A DNA stretch of 64,000 nt from the human T2T-CHM13v2.0 reference genome, Homo sapiens. Numbering within the stretch: the first letter of the stretch is position 1; each line of letters starts with the position of its first letter. Under the pieces are notes generated by a model. The model did not search any database and was not told where the DNA came from. It was given only the letters and a program-made list of their open reading frames with translations. Position numbers and translations under genes: made by a program. Positions 46,780-61,232 of this stretch are shown here, in pieces. The DNA lies in assembly GCF_009914755.1 (NCBI RefSeq), contig NC_060935.1; one strand, written 5' to 3'.

Positions 46780-47200
46780 TTCAGTAACTATTTATTAAAT
46801 AGTTATCATATGCCAATCACTGTGTGTCAGATATGGTCCTCAAGAAATTCACTGTCATGTAAAAATTAGATAGTGACACAAATACAATTAAAATAGAGCA
46901 TTAGAAGTTCTGGACTAGTGAGTAAACTTTGACAGGAAAAGTGATTATTTATACGGTCAGGAAAGAATTCACAGAATAGTGACATTAATTTAGTTTTAAA
47001 GAATGTGTAGATAATTATCAGACAGAGAAGAGAGAATGGAACTCCGGGAAGCGAAGACTACTTGGGAAAGGAGTGGAAATAAAAAGTAGATCCCAAGTTT
47101 AGTGTGCCTTGGCAAAAAGAGGAAAGTGGATGGGAATGGAGATCATGTTGAGAAATGAAATTCCTCAAAAGAGTGGGACCAGCTTTTCTTCAAAGAGTCT
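46780..47200 (-). mobile_element. L2 fragment
   Basis: cagtaactatttattaaat...ggtcaggaaagaattcacaga. Confidence 0.55.
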
Positions 47201-47224
47201 CACTTTATACAAATTCCGTAGCAG

Positions 47225-47522
47225 TAAATGTTCTTGGCCGAAGCAACGGAATCTGTCTCTGGCTATCTTAAGCAAAGAGACTGGAGTGGAAAGATGTGTC
47301 AGTTGCAGTAGCTGCTTATGGATCAGACTGTTGTGGTGAGACCTTTGCCTAGTTTCCTGATGCTCAGCCTCCAAAGCTCCTTTGATTCCTGTCTGTTTTT
47401 CAAGTCTGATGGTTCAGCCACCTGTGGATTTTGTGAGCCACTAATAATACCCTTCCAGCAGAGCCCTTTTTTGCTTAAGATAGTGAGACTTGGTTTCTGT
47501 TGCTTGCAACCAAGAACCCTAT
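47225..47522. mobile_element. Old MLT1 LTR end fragments in opposite orientations
   Basis: tttttgcttaagatag...tttctgttgcttgcaaccaagaaccct (+) and its inverted counterpart at 47230-47276. Confidence 0.5.
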
Positions 47523-48862
47523 TACTGTTATTAATTTTTTTGGTACATTCTTGAGTCATTTAGGAATGTATTAGTTACCAGATGAAACTGAATTCTCATA
47601 AATGTTATTTGGTAGTGACTTTTACTTTGTAGGGAAAAAGAGGTATGATTGGACTGTTATTCTTATTTACAGGTAATATTTAGATTTTGTTTGATGTTAA
47701 CACTGTCCCTGGTAAATTTTTTTTTCTTCTCTCAAGCTTCAGTGTGATTCCCCAGGAAAATCTTGGAAATTGCCAATAGAGAAGATGTATTACTAAGTAT
47801 CAGAAGTTTTCTTGGAAGGACATCTAATAAGTTTCCCAAGATGTGATTCTGCCTGTTCAGTAGTTGCTTGAGTGCTGATGAAATTCCCCCCAAACACTTC
47901 CTAATATATTATTGAAATATTTGAGATAAAGGAAAGCTGAACATATTAAAACTAATTTTTAAGTGGTGAGAGAAGTGGAATTGAAGTCTATTTGAGGAAT
48001 TTGAAACATTTATCACCCACGGTTTTTCCAAAAATATACATTTGTGTCAGTCTGTCAAACTTTTTATCAAAAAAAACTGTGAATTATCCATTTAAAATAC
48101 ATTTTTATTACATTTTCTTCTGTATCTGAGAAATATGCCAGATGGTAGAAATTTCCTAGAAGTCTCTGACACTTACAGATTGAAAGATGAATGACGAGAA
48201 GACAAGAATTTGGGTATCCAGATTAATAGATAGAACTTTACAACTATTGACTTCTTATTTGCTCTTGTTGAGTTTTGAAAAGGAATTAGGCAAGGTAGAT
48301 GAAAATAGAGATTCTTCTCCCTTCAGTACCCATGTGATTTAACACAGCCATAGAAGGCTCCAAGTTTTGGGGTGTGGGCACAATTTCAAAGATATATTTC
48401 TATTAAGCTTCTTGAGAGTGATATGAAGAAGAAACGAAGTATAGAGTCTCTCAGATGCAAAAATCACTTAGAGGTAGGCCATGTATCCATCCTTATCACA
48501 CTTCACTTTTTCCAAGAACTACGACTGGCTTGTCTTTTATGGCTTTTTAAGAATCTAACTTCATTGTGTAATCAGCTTATTTCCTCTCCATTATTAATGC
48601 CCTAATTGGCAGGTTTTCTGACCCATTTTCTTTTCTGTGATGCTCTTCTAGATGTCTAAACTTTTCATATCACAACATGGATTTAGGTAGTTTTTCAGTA
48701 ATAAAAGTTGGTGTGAATATGCAGTAGTATGTGGATTAATTAACATACATTTAACAAATGTTTATTGAAGGCCTACTGCACCCTAGACATGTAATAAATA
48801 AATAAACAAATAAATTAGTAAGGTAGCTTCAGATAGTGATAAATTCTATTAAGAAAATCAGG

Positions 48863-49135
48863 AGCCGGACATGATGGCTCGTGCCTATAATCTCAGCGAC
48901 TTGGGAGGCTGAAGCGGGAGGATTGATTGAGGCCAGGAGTTCAAGACCAACCTGGGCAACTTAGCAGTACCTCGTTTAAAAAAAAAAAAAAAATTAGCCA
49001 GGCTTAGTGGCACACACCTATAGTCCCAGCTACTCAGGGGGCTGAGGCAAGAGGATTGCTTCAGCCCAGTGAACTGTGATCATCCCACTGCACTCCAACC
49101 TGGGCAACAGAGTGAGACTGTGTCTCCAAAAAAAG
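48863..49135 (+). mobile_element. AluJ within an L2 fragment
   Basis: Diverged dimer; L2-like flanks (aacaaatgtttattgaaggcctact; gtcagagaaggcctcactgagg). Confidence 0.85.
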
Positions 49136-49344
49136 GAAATAAAGGAGGGCTTTGGGATACTGAATGACTGGGAGATGGAAATCTACTTTCAATAGTGTAG
49201 TCAGAGAAGGCCTCACTGAGGCTTTCTATTGCCATTGCTATTTTAGATACTTGCTTAAAGAAAGAGAGGTGGTCTTTTAAAAAGTATATTCTTGATTAAG
49301 ATAATGGAGAGAGAAGAGGAAGAAAAAAGGGATATTACAACCTG

Positions 49345-49490
49345 TAGCTGTATAGGGGAAAGGAAGAGAAAAAAGATAGGGGATAGGGGATAGCAAAGCA
49401 AACTTTATTTGCTTTGTAGATAGCTGTATAGGGGAAAGGAAGAGAAAAAAGAAAAAGAGAAGCTTGAACTTTATTATTTGCTTTGTAAAT
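49345..49490. repeat. Imperfect 76-bp tandem duplication
   Basis: 32-nt identity at 49345-49376 and 49421-49452. Confidence 0.85.
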
Positions 49491-49863
49491 AATTTGTGAC
49501 CATTGACTTCCATTTCAAGGATATAATAATGATAGGAATTGGCTGGCAGGTACGACTGGATTCACGATGGGAGCCCTTTCTTTAAATTATGCCACTAGGT
49601 CTTCTCTGAGGTGCCTTCTATATAAATCAGGATTCATAATCTCCCTGATTTTACAGGAGCCAGGAACTGAGTCTTCTTTTCTTTCTATCTCTCATAGGAA
49701 TAAAAGGGGGAAATGAACATTTTTTTATACTACCGAGGTCAGGTATCCTTGGGTCTAATGTTAAACTTAAAACAGAAATTTCTGAGAGAGCCCTTTTATC
49801 CTTTGTTATTTAGAAAATACTTGACCCTCCTGTGCCCTTGCTGTATTGGTGCGAGACAGAATG

Positions 49864-50105
49864 GTTATATATATATTTTATTATATAAATAATAACTATA
49901 TATAATAATATGTTATTATATAAATAATAACATATATATTTTATTATATAAATAACATATAATCATATATTATTATATAAATAACATATATAATCATATA
50001 GCATATATAACCATATGTAGTTATATATAAATGGTTATTATATATAACATATATAACCATATGTAGTTATATATAAATGGTTATATATATATATTTATTT
50101 ATTTA
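49864..50105. repeat. AT-rich minisatellite-like tract
   Basis: (TA)n-derived; 37-nt repeat at 50002-50038 and 50048-50084. Confidence 0.9.
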
Positions 50106-50798
50106 TTGTTGTTGTTTTGTTTTGTTTTAAGTTCCAGGGTACATGTACAGGATATGCAGGTTTGTTACATAGATAAACATGTGTGCCATGGTGATTTGCT
50201 GCATCTCTCAACCCATCACCTAGGTATTAAGCCCAGCATGCAATAGCTATTTTTCCTAATATTCTCCCTCCTGCACCCCTCCTAACAGACCCCAGTGTAT
50301 GTTGTTCCCATCCCCATGTCCATGTTTTCTCACTGTTCATCTCCCACTTGTAAGTGAGAACATGCAGTGTTTGGTTTTCTGTTTCTGTGTTAGTTTGCTG
50401 AGGATAATGGCTTCCAGCTCCATCCATGTCCCTGCAAAGGACATGACCTCATTCCTTTTTATGGCTGCATAGTATTCTATGGTGTATATGTACCACATTT
50501 TCTTTATGCAGTCTATCATTGATGGGCATTTGGGTTGATTCTATGTCTTTGCTATTGTGAATGAACATATGCATGCATGTATCTTTACAATAGAATAATT
50601 TATATTCCTTTGGGTGTATACCCGGTAATGGGATTGCTGAGTCAAATGGTATTTCTGGTTCTAGGTCTTTGAGGAATCATCACACTATCTTCCACAATGG
50701 TTGAACTAATTTACATTCCCACCAACAGTGTAAAAGTGTTCATATTTCTTCACAGCCTTGCCAGCATCTGTTGTTTTTTGACTTTGTAATAATAGCCA
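50095..50798 (-). mobile_element. 5'-truncated L1PA (about L1PA8-11) 3' end
   Basis: ttaagttccagggtacatgtacaggatatgcaggtttgttacatag...; ORF2 end MIDCIKKMWYIYTIEYYAAIKRNE. Confidence 0.85.
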
Positions 50799-51060
50799 GG
50801 TGCAGTAGCTCACACCCATAATCCTAACACTTTGGGAGGCCAAGGTGGGTGGATTGTTTGAGCCCAGGAGTTTGAGACCAGCCTGGGCAACATGACAAAA
50901 CCCCATCTCTACAAAAAAATACAACAAAATTAGCCATGCATGGCAGTGCACACCTGTAGTCCCAGCTACTTGGTATGGCTTGAGCCCAGAAGGTCAAGGC
51001 TGCAATTAGCCATGAGTATGCCATTGTACTCCAGCCTGAGTGACACAGTGAGACCCCCAT
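50794..51060 (+). mobile_element. AluJ
   Basis: ttgagcccaggagtttgagacc, ggtcaaggctgca. Confidence 0.9.
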
Positions 51061-51287
51061 GAAAAGAAAGAGAGAAAGAGAAAAAGAAAGGAAAAAGAAA
51101 GAAGGAAGGAAGGAAGAAAGGAAGGAAGGAGAGAAAGAAAGAGAAAAGAAAGGAAGGAGGGAGGAAGAAAGAGAGAAGAGAAAGAAAGAGTAAAAGAGAG
51201 AAAGAAACAGAAAAGAAAGAGAAAGGAAGGAAGAAAGAAAAAAAGAAAGAAAAAGAAAAAAAAAAGAGAGAAAGGAAAGAAAGAAAG
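51061..51287. repeat. Polypurine GA-rich tract
   Basis: 227 nt with only two pyrimidines. Confidence 0.95.
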
Positions 51288-51575
51288 CCTGGCGCGGTGG
51301 CTCATGCTTGTAATCCCAGCACTTTGGGAGACTGAGGTGGGTGGATCACCGATCACCTAAGTTGGGAATTTGAGATCAGCCTGACCAACGCGGAAAAACC
51401 CCATCTCTACTAAAAATACAAAATTAGCCAGGCGTGGTGGTGCATGACTATAATCCCAGCTATTCGGGAGGCTGAGGCAGGAGAATCACACTTGGACCCG
51501 GGAGGCAGAGGTTGTGGTGAGCAGAGATCACACCATTGCACTCCAGCCTGGGCAACGAGCGAAACTCTGTCTCAA
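51287..51575 (+). mobile_element. AluSp/Sq-like
   Basis: cctgaccaac, gagcgaaactctgtctc. Confidence 0.9.
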
Positions 51576-51676
51576 AGAAAGAGAAAGAGAGAGAAAGAAA
51601 GAGAGAGAGAAGGAAAGGAAGGAAGGGAGGGAGGGAAGGAAGGAAGGAGGGAGGGAGGGAGGGAAAGAGAAAGAAA
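51574..51676. repeat. Polypurine (GGAA/GGGA)n tract
   Basis: Pure purine; includes (GGGA)3GGG at 51649-51663. Confidence 0.95.
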
Positions 51677-52064
51677 TTAGAAAAAGAAGAGCAATTTAAA
51701 AGTTAGGGGGGAAGGGGATGGAAAGAGTAAAGATTAGAGTAGAAATCAATGAAATAGATACCAGAAAAACAGTAGAGAAAATTAGTGAAGCCAAGCAGGT
51801 TCTTTGAGAAGATAAATAAAATCGGAAAATCATGAGCCAGACTGATCACAACAAAAGAGAGAAAAGACACAAATTACCAATATCAGGAACGAGAGAGATA
51901 CATCATTACAGATTCTATAGGTATTAAGAGATAATAAGGAAATATTATCAATTTTATACCAATAAATTCAATGACTTAGACCAAACGGACAAAGACACAA
52001 AGGACATTCAAGAATAAATAGATAACTTGAAGAAACAGAATTTGTAGTTAAAAATAATCTCACA

Positions 52065-52396
<332 letters not shown>

Positions 52397-52838
52397 TCAG
52401 AAACTCCAGGCCCAGGTGGCTTCACTGGTGAATTCTACCAAGCATATTAGGAAGAAAGAACACCAGTTCTACACAAATGCTTCCAGAAAATTGAAAAGAA
52501 GTACTTCTGAACTCAATCTAGGAGACTAGCATTATTCTAATACCCAAACAAAACAAAGACATTTCCAGAAAAGAAAACTGCAAACCAATATTCCTTGTCA
52601 CAAAAATTCTTAAAATTTTAGTAAATTGAATCCAACAATATATAAAAACCATGTGGGATTTATTCCAGGAATGCATGTGGTGGTTTCACATTTAAAAATC
52701 AATGTAAACTTAAAAATTCTGGAAAAAGAAATGCGTAACCCACCATATAAAAAGAAAAAAAAAGATCATTTCAATAAATAGAGAAAAAGCATTTTATAAA
52801 ATCGAGCATTCATTCCTGATTCAAAAAAACAAAAATCA

Positions 52839-53102
<264 letters not shown>

Positions 53103-53527
53103 CTAAAATCAGGAACAGGGCAACGATTTCCATTCTCACCATTTTTGTTCAACATTGTCCTGGAGGTTCTAGCCAGTGGATAAGGCAAGAAAACTTGAAA
53201 AAAAACAAGTTTGTTCACATAGGACATGATTGTCTATATAGAAAAGCCTATGGAATCTACAAAAAAAAAAAAACAAAAAACAAAAAAAAAACGCTACTAG
53301 AACTAATAAGTGAATTTATCAAGGCTGTATATCAATATATAAAAATTGTATTTTTGTATTCCAGCAAAGAACAATTGGAAATTTAAATTTTAAAAGCAGT
53401 GTCATTTACAATAGCATCAAAAAATACAAAATACTTAGAAATAATTCTGACAAAAGGTTTACACTGAAAATTACAAAACATTGCTGAGAGGAATTAAAGA
53501 CTATAGTGACTGATTAATATATGGTAA

Positions 53528-54020
<493 letters not shown>

Positions 54021-54042
54021 ACTTTTTCATTTAATTCTATGA

Positions 54043-54343
<301 letters not shown>

Positions 54344-54360
54344 GTTCTATGAATTTTTAA

Positions 54361-54836
<476 letters not shown>

Positions 54837-55162
54837 TTTATACAGTATATAACGTTTTGAGATTAGCTTTTTTCACTCTGCATAATGCTTTGAGAGCTTT
54901 GAGATTCCTCCAGGTTGTGGCATGTGTCAGTACTTTGCTTCTTTTTATTGCTGAGTAGTATTGTATTGTATATATGTACCACAATTTGTTTATCCATTCA
55001 CCCTTGGAAGGATATTTGGGTTTCCCCCAATTGGCAATTATGAATAGAGTTGCTATAAATACTCATGTACTCATTTCTGTGTGAACATACATTTTCTTTT
55101 CTCTGAATTGTGTACCCAAGAATAAGATTGCTCACTCAATCACATGGTATGTTTAGCTTTTT

Positions 55163-55462
55163 TTTTTTTTTTTTTTTTTTTTGAGATGGAGTCTTACTCT
55201 GTCACCCAGGCTGGAATGCAGTGGTGCAATGTTGGCTCACTGCAACCTCTGCTGCCTGGGTTCAAGTGATTCTCCTGCATCAGCCTCCTGAGTACCTGGG
55301 ATTACAGGCACCTGCCACTGCGCCTGGCTAATTTTTGTAGTTTTAGTAGTTACGGGGTTTCACCATCTTGGCCAGGCTGGTCTTGAACTCCTGACCTCGT
55401 GATCCACCTGCCTCTGCCTCCCAAAGTGCTGGGATTACAGGCATGAGCCACTACGCCCAGCC
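55163..55462 (-). mobile_element. AluSg-like
   Basis: TSD ATGTTTAGCTTTTT on both sides. Confidence 0.93.
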
Positions 55463-55769
55463 ATGTTTAGCTTTTTAAGAAAATGCCACAGTGTTGTCCA
55501 GAGTGGCTGTACCAGTTAGTATTTCTACCAGCAATATATGAATGATTGGGTTGTTCTATATCCTTGTCAGCACTTGGCACTGTCAGTATTTTTAATTTTA
55601 ACTATTCTAATAGGTATCTCATTGTGGTCTTGATTTGCATTTCTCAAGTGGCTAATGATGTTGAAAAACTTCTTATTTGCCATTCACATATCCTCTTTGG
55701 TGAAGTGTCTGTTCAAACTTTTGCCCATTTTTAAATTGGGTTGTTTGTTTTCCTACTATTGAGTTTTGA

Positions 55770-56180
<411 letters not shown>

Positions 56181-56785
56181 TGGAATGTCCTTTAAATTTC
56201 TTTCAAGAACTTTTTCTTTGCATTCACAACTTGGCTAACTGTTTTGTGTAAGAGGCCTAGCTTTCGGCCTATCTTGGCTTTTGACATGCTCTCTTCACTA
56301 AGCTTAATAATTTCTAGCTTTTAATTTAAAGTAAGAGACTCTTCCTTTCACTTGAACACTTAGAGGCCATTGTAGGGTTATTAGTTGACCTAATTTCAAT
56401 ACCATTGTAGCTCAGGGAATAGAGAGCACCAAGGAAAGAGAGGGAGAAAGAGGAATGGCTGGTCGGTGGAGGAGTCAGAACATAACGACATTTATTGATT
56501 AAGTTCACCCTCCTATATGGATGTGGTTTGTGGCACCCCAAAATAATTACAATAATAACATCAAAGATCAGTGATCACAGACCATGATAACAGATATACA
56601 AATAATGAAAAAGTTTGAAATATTGTGAGAATTACCAAAATGTGAAGCAGAGATATGAAGTGAGCACATGCTGTTGGCACCCATAGACTTGCTTGACACA
56701 GAATTACCAAAATCCTTCAATTTTCAAAAAATGCAATATCTACAAAGTACAATAAAATGAAGCATAATAAAACAAGGTATGCCTG
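56181..56785 (-). mobile_element. Tigger1 5' fragment
   Basis: Minus strand starts CAGGCATACCTTGTTTTATT next to a TA target; ctttgcattcacaacttggctaac transposase start region. Confidence 0.85.
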
Positions 56786-59109
56786 TAAATGGTGCACTAC
56801 ACATGCTATTCTGTATAATGAATTTTTTTCTGAATACATAGGCTATATATATTTTAAGATTATTAAATAATATGACATTTAAACATAGCCAATCATATAA
56901 GCAAAGTTGTTCAGCTGTTTCTCACACCTGAAAGTGCCCCCCACACCAAATAAAACATTTTTAGATTATGTGTCCCAATTTGGACTTCTGAAAGTATGGT
57001 CACCATATGCCAAGGCATGAAGGCATTAACTGGGGAATGAGTATGGAGTTTGATGCCTTTCATCTCCTTTGCTCATCTGTCCCTATCCACATGATGGCTG
57101 CATTTGAAATGAAATAAAGTCTACATACTGGAGAATAGTTTATAAATCAATATTTTATGAAAACAGTTATATCTAATAATTTTTTATAAAATAATGTATT
57201 TATTTGAGTCTTAAGCTTAGTGATGTAATTAAAAGCCTATTTGGTTTTTTCTTAGGAATCCAAATCCTCTCTTTAATATTTAAACCCTTTAATTTGCTAA
57301 AGATAAGTTTTGTGCCCTGTTGACCACCTAATGGAACAAGCAAGTGTTGAAGATCTCTTGTGGTTTTTTTTTTAGTTGCAAATTCTACCAAGCTAACCCA
57401 TTTATTGCAGTGGATAGGAGCTGGAGAGCTGTTCATTCGGCAATAATAGGCAAAGGGTGGTGGAGGGAAGAAAACTATCTTTCCAATATTTTTGCTTAGG
57501 AATTTGGGGATTCAGAATTTAGTCATAAACAACTAGATTAATGTGTTTAAATACTTTGAATCAGTTCTAAATCATTCCTTGTTTTGTAACATACAAGATC
57601 TTAGAGATAACTAAAACAGTGGTTGAAAAATTCTGTTGTGGATTGAAGATCCTCCAGAAGCATAATTCACTAATAGGCACAGTGTTTGGGGTGATGGGTA
57701 AACAAACATCTGTGTCCTGTGGTTGCCTCTCTGCATAGGAGGAGATATATAGTTTTCAGGCAAGAGATTTCTTTGGAGAGTCCACTGTCTCTGTTTTGCA
57801 AGTTATTTATTTATTTTTAATCCCAGAGATAACGAAACCATGTAGTGGCAGTAGATGGTATTATTCATCAGGAGTTTAGGATGTTACCATGTTAGGCCAT
57901 TTAAAATAAGACAGAAAGGATTACTTTTTGCCAGCTGCATCATTTCTGGCAAGAGCTTACTACTTTGCTTATTGCGGTCATTGTTGTGGTTGTTGTTAAC
58001 CCATCAGAGAAACTAACCACTACATTGGTTTTAGCCAAATCCTTGTCATCATTGGCCTTACATTCTTTTGGGGACCAAAGAGCACCTGGTCATTCTGAAA
58101 GCTTCCATCCCCAGTGATTGATGCTCATCTCTGCAGGCTCCTGCAGGCTCTCTCAAGCTTGCCTCCCATTTTTCCTGAAGCACCTTTAAGCATTTCTGCA
58201 TGGCTACTCACTCTCTTCTATTATACCTCCTCCTCCTGCCTTACTGAATGCTGAATTTCCCAGCTCACAACTCTAAGAAGGAGCTTTATTTCAGAGTAGA
58301 AAGGGGCCCCCATATGTGGCCTATTATATCCATATCAACTTGCTTACCCTTTTCAAACAGCTATTGTCTTTTAATAGGGTCCTGCCTGGCAGGGGGAGTC
58401 CTTAATTCCTGCCATATAAGAATGGGCAGCTTGAGTTACAGCTAGCTGCAGTTTGGTGCTCTGATCAAAAGGCCTCTGTTGTTTTTTAGGGTTTTTCCCC
58501 CTCCTTCTCTCTCTCTTTCTATATCCTGTGCTAATAATTCAGCACAGCAAGGTCATTACAGGCTTTGAATTGGGAGCTGAGAGTGTTAAATTACTGACCT
58601 AGAATAAAAGAGATCTGGGGGGCTCTCAAGAAAGATAAAGTGATTCCGGCTAGTAAAATGCAAGCCCAGCAACCTCACTTCTTAACAATATTATTATTTT
58701 TTAATCCCCTCTGTCTCTAAAAGTCTTTTCTGGGACAAGGAGAGATCCCCTGCCAGAGAATTAGGTTAGAAACCCAATGACATCTTCTGAGAGTTGTGGC
58801 CCAGGTGCTGGCAGCTTATGGGCGCCTGTGCAGTTGTCCTTTTTGTCTCCCTACCTTGTCAATATTTCACTCTGTTCTACCTTGGTCTCTCAGCCACATA
58901 TATGGTTTTTTTTTTTTTTTATCACGTAAGTCATATATGTTTATGACATTTCAGCTGAAAGGTAATATCCCATGAAGGGATTTCAGACATGTGGAAAGCA
59001 TACCACTTAGCCCCCAAAATATCTTAAACATGACATCATCTTATTAAAAGCCACTTTCATTCCATTTATGTTTTGTAAATAATATTAGTCTGGTCCTCCC
59101 ATACTTTAA

Positions 59110-59997
<888 letters not shown>

Positions 59998-60324
59998 ATA
60001 GTCATTTTTTCTTGAGAACTACTCAAAAAGTTTTTGGTTATAACTTCCAGTTTTTCATTCCATCAGGCAATTCTATGAATATACATAGTGGATATTTCAC
60101 ACCTATATCTTACTTTTTAAAAAATATGATAAAACATAGCACTTAACCCACAAAATATCTTAAATGTTAGAAAATATTTAAGATATTTTGCCTCCTATTG
60201 GCCCTGCAGAAGCTGGACCTCCTGAACTGTGTGACCTACTTCAGTGGTACCTCAGGTTCTACATGGTGAGTATCCTGGGGACTGGAAGAGTGGAGATGAT
60301 CAGGGCCCATAGGGGACCTGGTTA

Positions 60325-60872
60325 AAATTGACTATTTTAACTATTTTTAAGTGTACAGTTCTGTGGCATTAAATACATTCACATTGTTCTGCAACCATCA
60401 CTGTCATCCACCTCCATAACTTTTCTATCTTCCTAAACTAAAACTCTGTACTCACTAAATACTGACTTGCCAACTTCCCATTCCTTCTGACCCCCTAGCT
60501 CCTGGCAATCACCATGCTACTTTCTGTATCTAGGAATTTGACTACTCTAGGTACCTCAAGTAAGTGAACTCATACAATATTTGTCTTTTTTGATTGGTTT
60601 ATTTCATTTAGAGTAAGGTCTTCAAAGTTCATTCATGTTGTACCATGTATCAGATTTCCTTCCTTCTTAAGACTGAATAATAGTCCGTTGTATGTATGTA
60701 TCACATTTTGCTTATCTGTCATTAGACACTAGGGTGGCTTCCACCTTTTGACTGTTGTGAGTAATATTGCTGTGAACATGGGTGTATATATCATATATTT
60801 GTCCAAGTCCCTGCTTTCATTTCTTTTGACTATATACCCAGAAGTGGAATTACTGAATTATATGGTAATTCC
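60325..60872 (-). mobile_element. L1MA/MB 3' end
   Basis: ttttaagtgtacagttctgtggcattaaatacattcaca...tttgactactctaggtacctca. Confidence 0.85.
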
Positions 60873-60924
60873 ACCAATATCTTACTTTCTAAGAAACCAG
60901 TTTATGTTTAAGTTATTGTGTTCC

Positions 60925-61232
60925 TTTTTTTTTTTTCTAAGTGAGACAGGGTCTCACTTTGTTACCCAGGCTGGAGTGCTGGAATGCAGTGGCATGAACA
61001 TAGCTCACTGGCCTTGACCTCTTGGGCTCAAGAGATCCTCTTGCCTCAGTCTCCCAAGTAGCTGAGACCACAGGTGTGTGCCATCACACCTGGCAAATGT
61101 TTAAAGATATTTTTCATAGAGACGGGACCTCACCATGTTACCCAGGCTGGTCTCAAACTCCTGGGCTCAAGCAATCCTCTTGCCTTATAGCCTCCCAAAG
61201 TGCTGGGATTACAAGTGTGAGCCACTTCACCC
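60925..61232 (-). mobile_element. AluJ
   Basis: Diverged antisense dimer. Confidence 0.9.
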
